The translations under genes were made by a program, and so were the position numbers. From NCBI GenBank assembly GCA_002633005.1, contig NMRA01000400.1:282476-346475 (forward strand): a stretch of 64,000 nucleotides of DNA, in the 5' to 3' direction. The DNA comes from Phoronis australis (Eukaryota > Animalia > Phoronida). Positions 62,312 through 64,000 of this stretch are shown here, piece after piece; positions within the stretch are counted from its first letter, which is position 1, and each line of letters starts with the position of its first letter. The notes beneath the pieces were generated by a model that searched no databases, had not been told where the DNA came from, and saw only the letters and a list, made by a program, of their open reading frames with translations.

Positions 62312-64000
62312 CTGAAAAGTGTTCACGGAAGTTTTACACAATATGAATGAAAAAATAACCGAGAAAAGTTTATCTGGGTCCATGTCCACCAGCTGGAGAC
62401 TCGACCTGTAAAGTGACAAATCGCGTGTCACAGTTCGAGTAATTTTCCACGTTCAAGTTATGTACATGTAACAGTACAATTTCCAGATGGATTGAAAGCG
62501 ATTACGTCACACCTCTAGCAACTGCTCCAAACTGGAGACAAACGATGTGGCGTTAGCCTACTTTTGAACTAGCATATTTGTTCAAACAGGCAAAAGAAAA
62601 ACAACTTTTCAAATTACGAGGCTCATTTCACAGCATCTGTGAGCCATACAGATTAGGGCATTGACCACATGTGCTTTAAAACAGAACTAAACGTGATTTT
62701 CCAGTTGCTTGTTTTGATCTTAAGTAATTTCCAGTTTAGAAGTGACAAGCGTTAGAGCCAAGACGACGGAATCTCACAGACGATTCTTGTAAGTTGACGC
62801 CACATGATCCGTTCCAGTTGCAATGCCTTTCATGTCAGTCAACATTGTTGACACGTAATAACGCATTCTCATTGCACAGATGCTTGAACTTTTATCTAGT
62901 TGTCTCGCTCTCAGATAGGCTGTTTTATATATCTGAGTCTCGCTCAATGATGCTTAAATATGTGGTCTCACCTAAGGGCAGTTAATCTAACGTATGTAAC
63001 TAAGCCGCTCCTCTGTAAGAAAATGCCTAACTAGGTAGGCGTCGCTAGCATCAGAATAAAATCGCCTTGCACTTGATAATTTACTTGCGCAAACTGCGGC
63101 TCCAAAAACCTCATCGATTTCTTGAACACTTTATAAAATTAGTGTCATTCTGAAGACAAAAAGGGGAAGTAGAGTGTTTTGCATCAAAAACTCTAGCTTA
63201 CTTTGATTTATCAAAACCTTAAAGCGCAAGTGAAATTAAACACTATGGAAACAACACGCGCACATGATAAGCAAGACACGTCCATACTGTAAGCCAAATT
63301 TAAAGACACGTTCTAACGGTATTTCAATTTAAATCATCAAATTATAACCAAATTATAACCAGTACGTCGTGGAAAGAGAACAATCATTTCTGTTGTGTGA
63401 TTAACAACGTTTAACTACTGCAGACAGTAGATATTTCCATTGCTACTCCAATTACCGTAATTATTCTCCATTAACGACATTTGCAGCAAAACTGCATATT
63501 GATAGTCCTCCTAAACTTAAAAGTAACATACTTATTTAGCGGTGATTCGTTCTGAGTGGCTGATCCCTTTGCATTGGAATATCGATCATGCAAGGCAGGC
63601 ACAAAAATAAAATGCATTTCCTGCAGATAATTGTTAATCTAATTTGACCTTTAATGAAGGATGACGACCATTAACATTCAGTTTTTGTTCTTTCCGGACT
63701 AGCAGGATTTGCACTCGTAAAATGTTCTTTATCAAAATACAACCCCCATTGGAAAAATGGGGAATTAATCTGGTAGTTCTCCAAAATACAAGTTAACGAT
63801 AAAATATAAGAATTAAATATTAATGGTAAGTGTAAAGGAATGTCGCTGTTTTGTTGTGATCTACGTCATCAAAAGGCAATTTATCTACTTTATTACGTCA
63901 AATTGTAACCATTTTCGAAATCAAACGTTTCCGTATTTCTTTGAATCGAAACTACTCCCCTACAAGTACACGTTATAGCACTTTCAATCAATCTTACCGA

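Noticed and set aside
62385-62405. GAG TCT CCA as the PESPRWL exon of SLC2A13
   Set aside because: The surrounding translation does not match the motif and runs into intron-like sequence. The upstream exons probably lie beyond the window.

Overview
This is AT-rich, intron-containing animal genomic DNA. It looks like a marine invertebrate, possibly a lophotrochozoan, but I cannot fix the taxon from the sequence. Six protein-coding genes can be reconstructed by hand from GT-AG splice sites. (1) A 2-exon zf-MYND/ubiquitin-like/UBA protein (+, 6329-8060). (2) A 2-exon rolling stone-like membrane protein (+, 16059-19198). (3) A 5-exon selenoprotein K gene that the ORF track misses (+, 29797-33838), with an in-frame UGA, a type II SECIS and a proximal stem-loop. 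(4) A complete 10-exon peroxisomal ABC transporter of the ABCD1/2 type (-, 35783-48745), with a DR1 nuclear-receptor element upstream. (5) An uncharacterised, probably disordered protein of about 869 aa with EDPL repeats and a TQT cluster (+, 51460-56038). (6) The 3' part of the H+/myo-inositol transporter SLC2A13 (-, 57924->62311). Intergenic and intronic DNA holds a near-perfect 668-bp foldback element with an 8-bp TSD and smaller relatives, several MITE families, a 5'-truncated LINE with a 10-bp TSD, a broken RLE-type (Hero-like) retrotransposon spanning an assembly gap, and a 27-bp minisatellite. I see no prokaryote-type system such as CRISPR. The best novelty candidates are the RNA structure around the SELENOK recoding site, the two unusual protein architectures and the foldback/mini-TIR family. 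All gene models come from manual reading without expression data or database searches.
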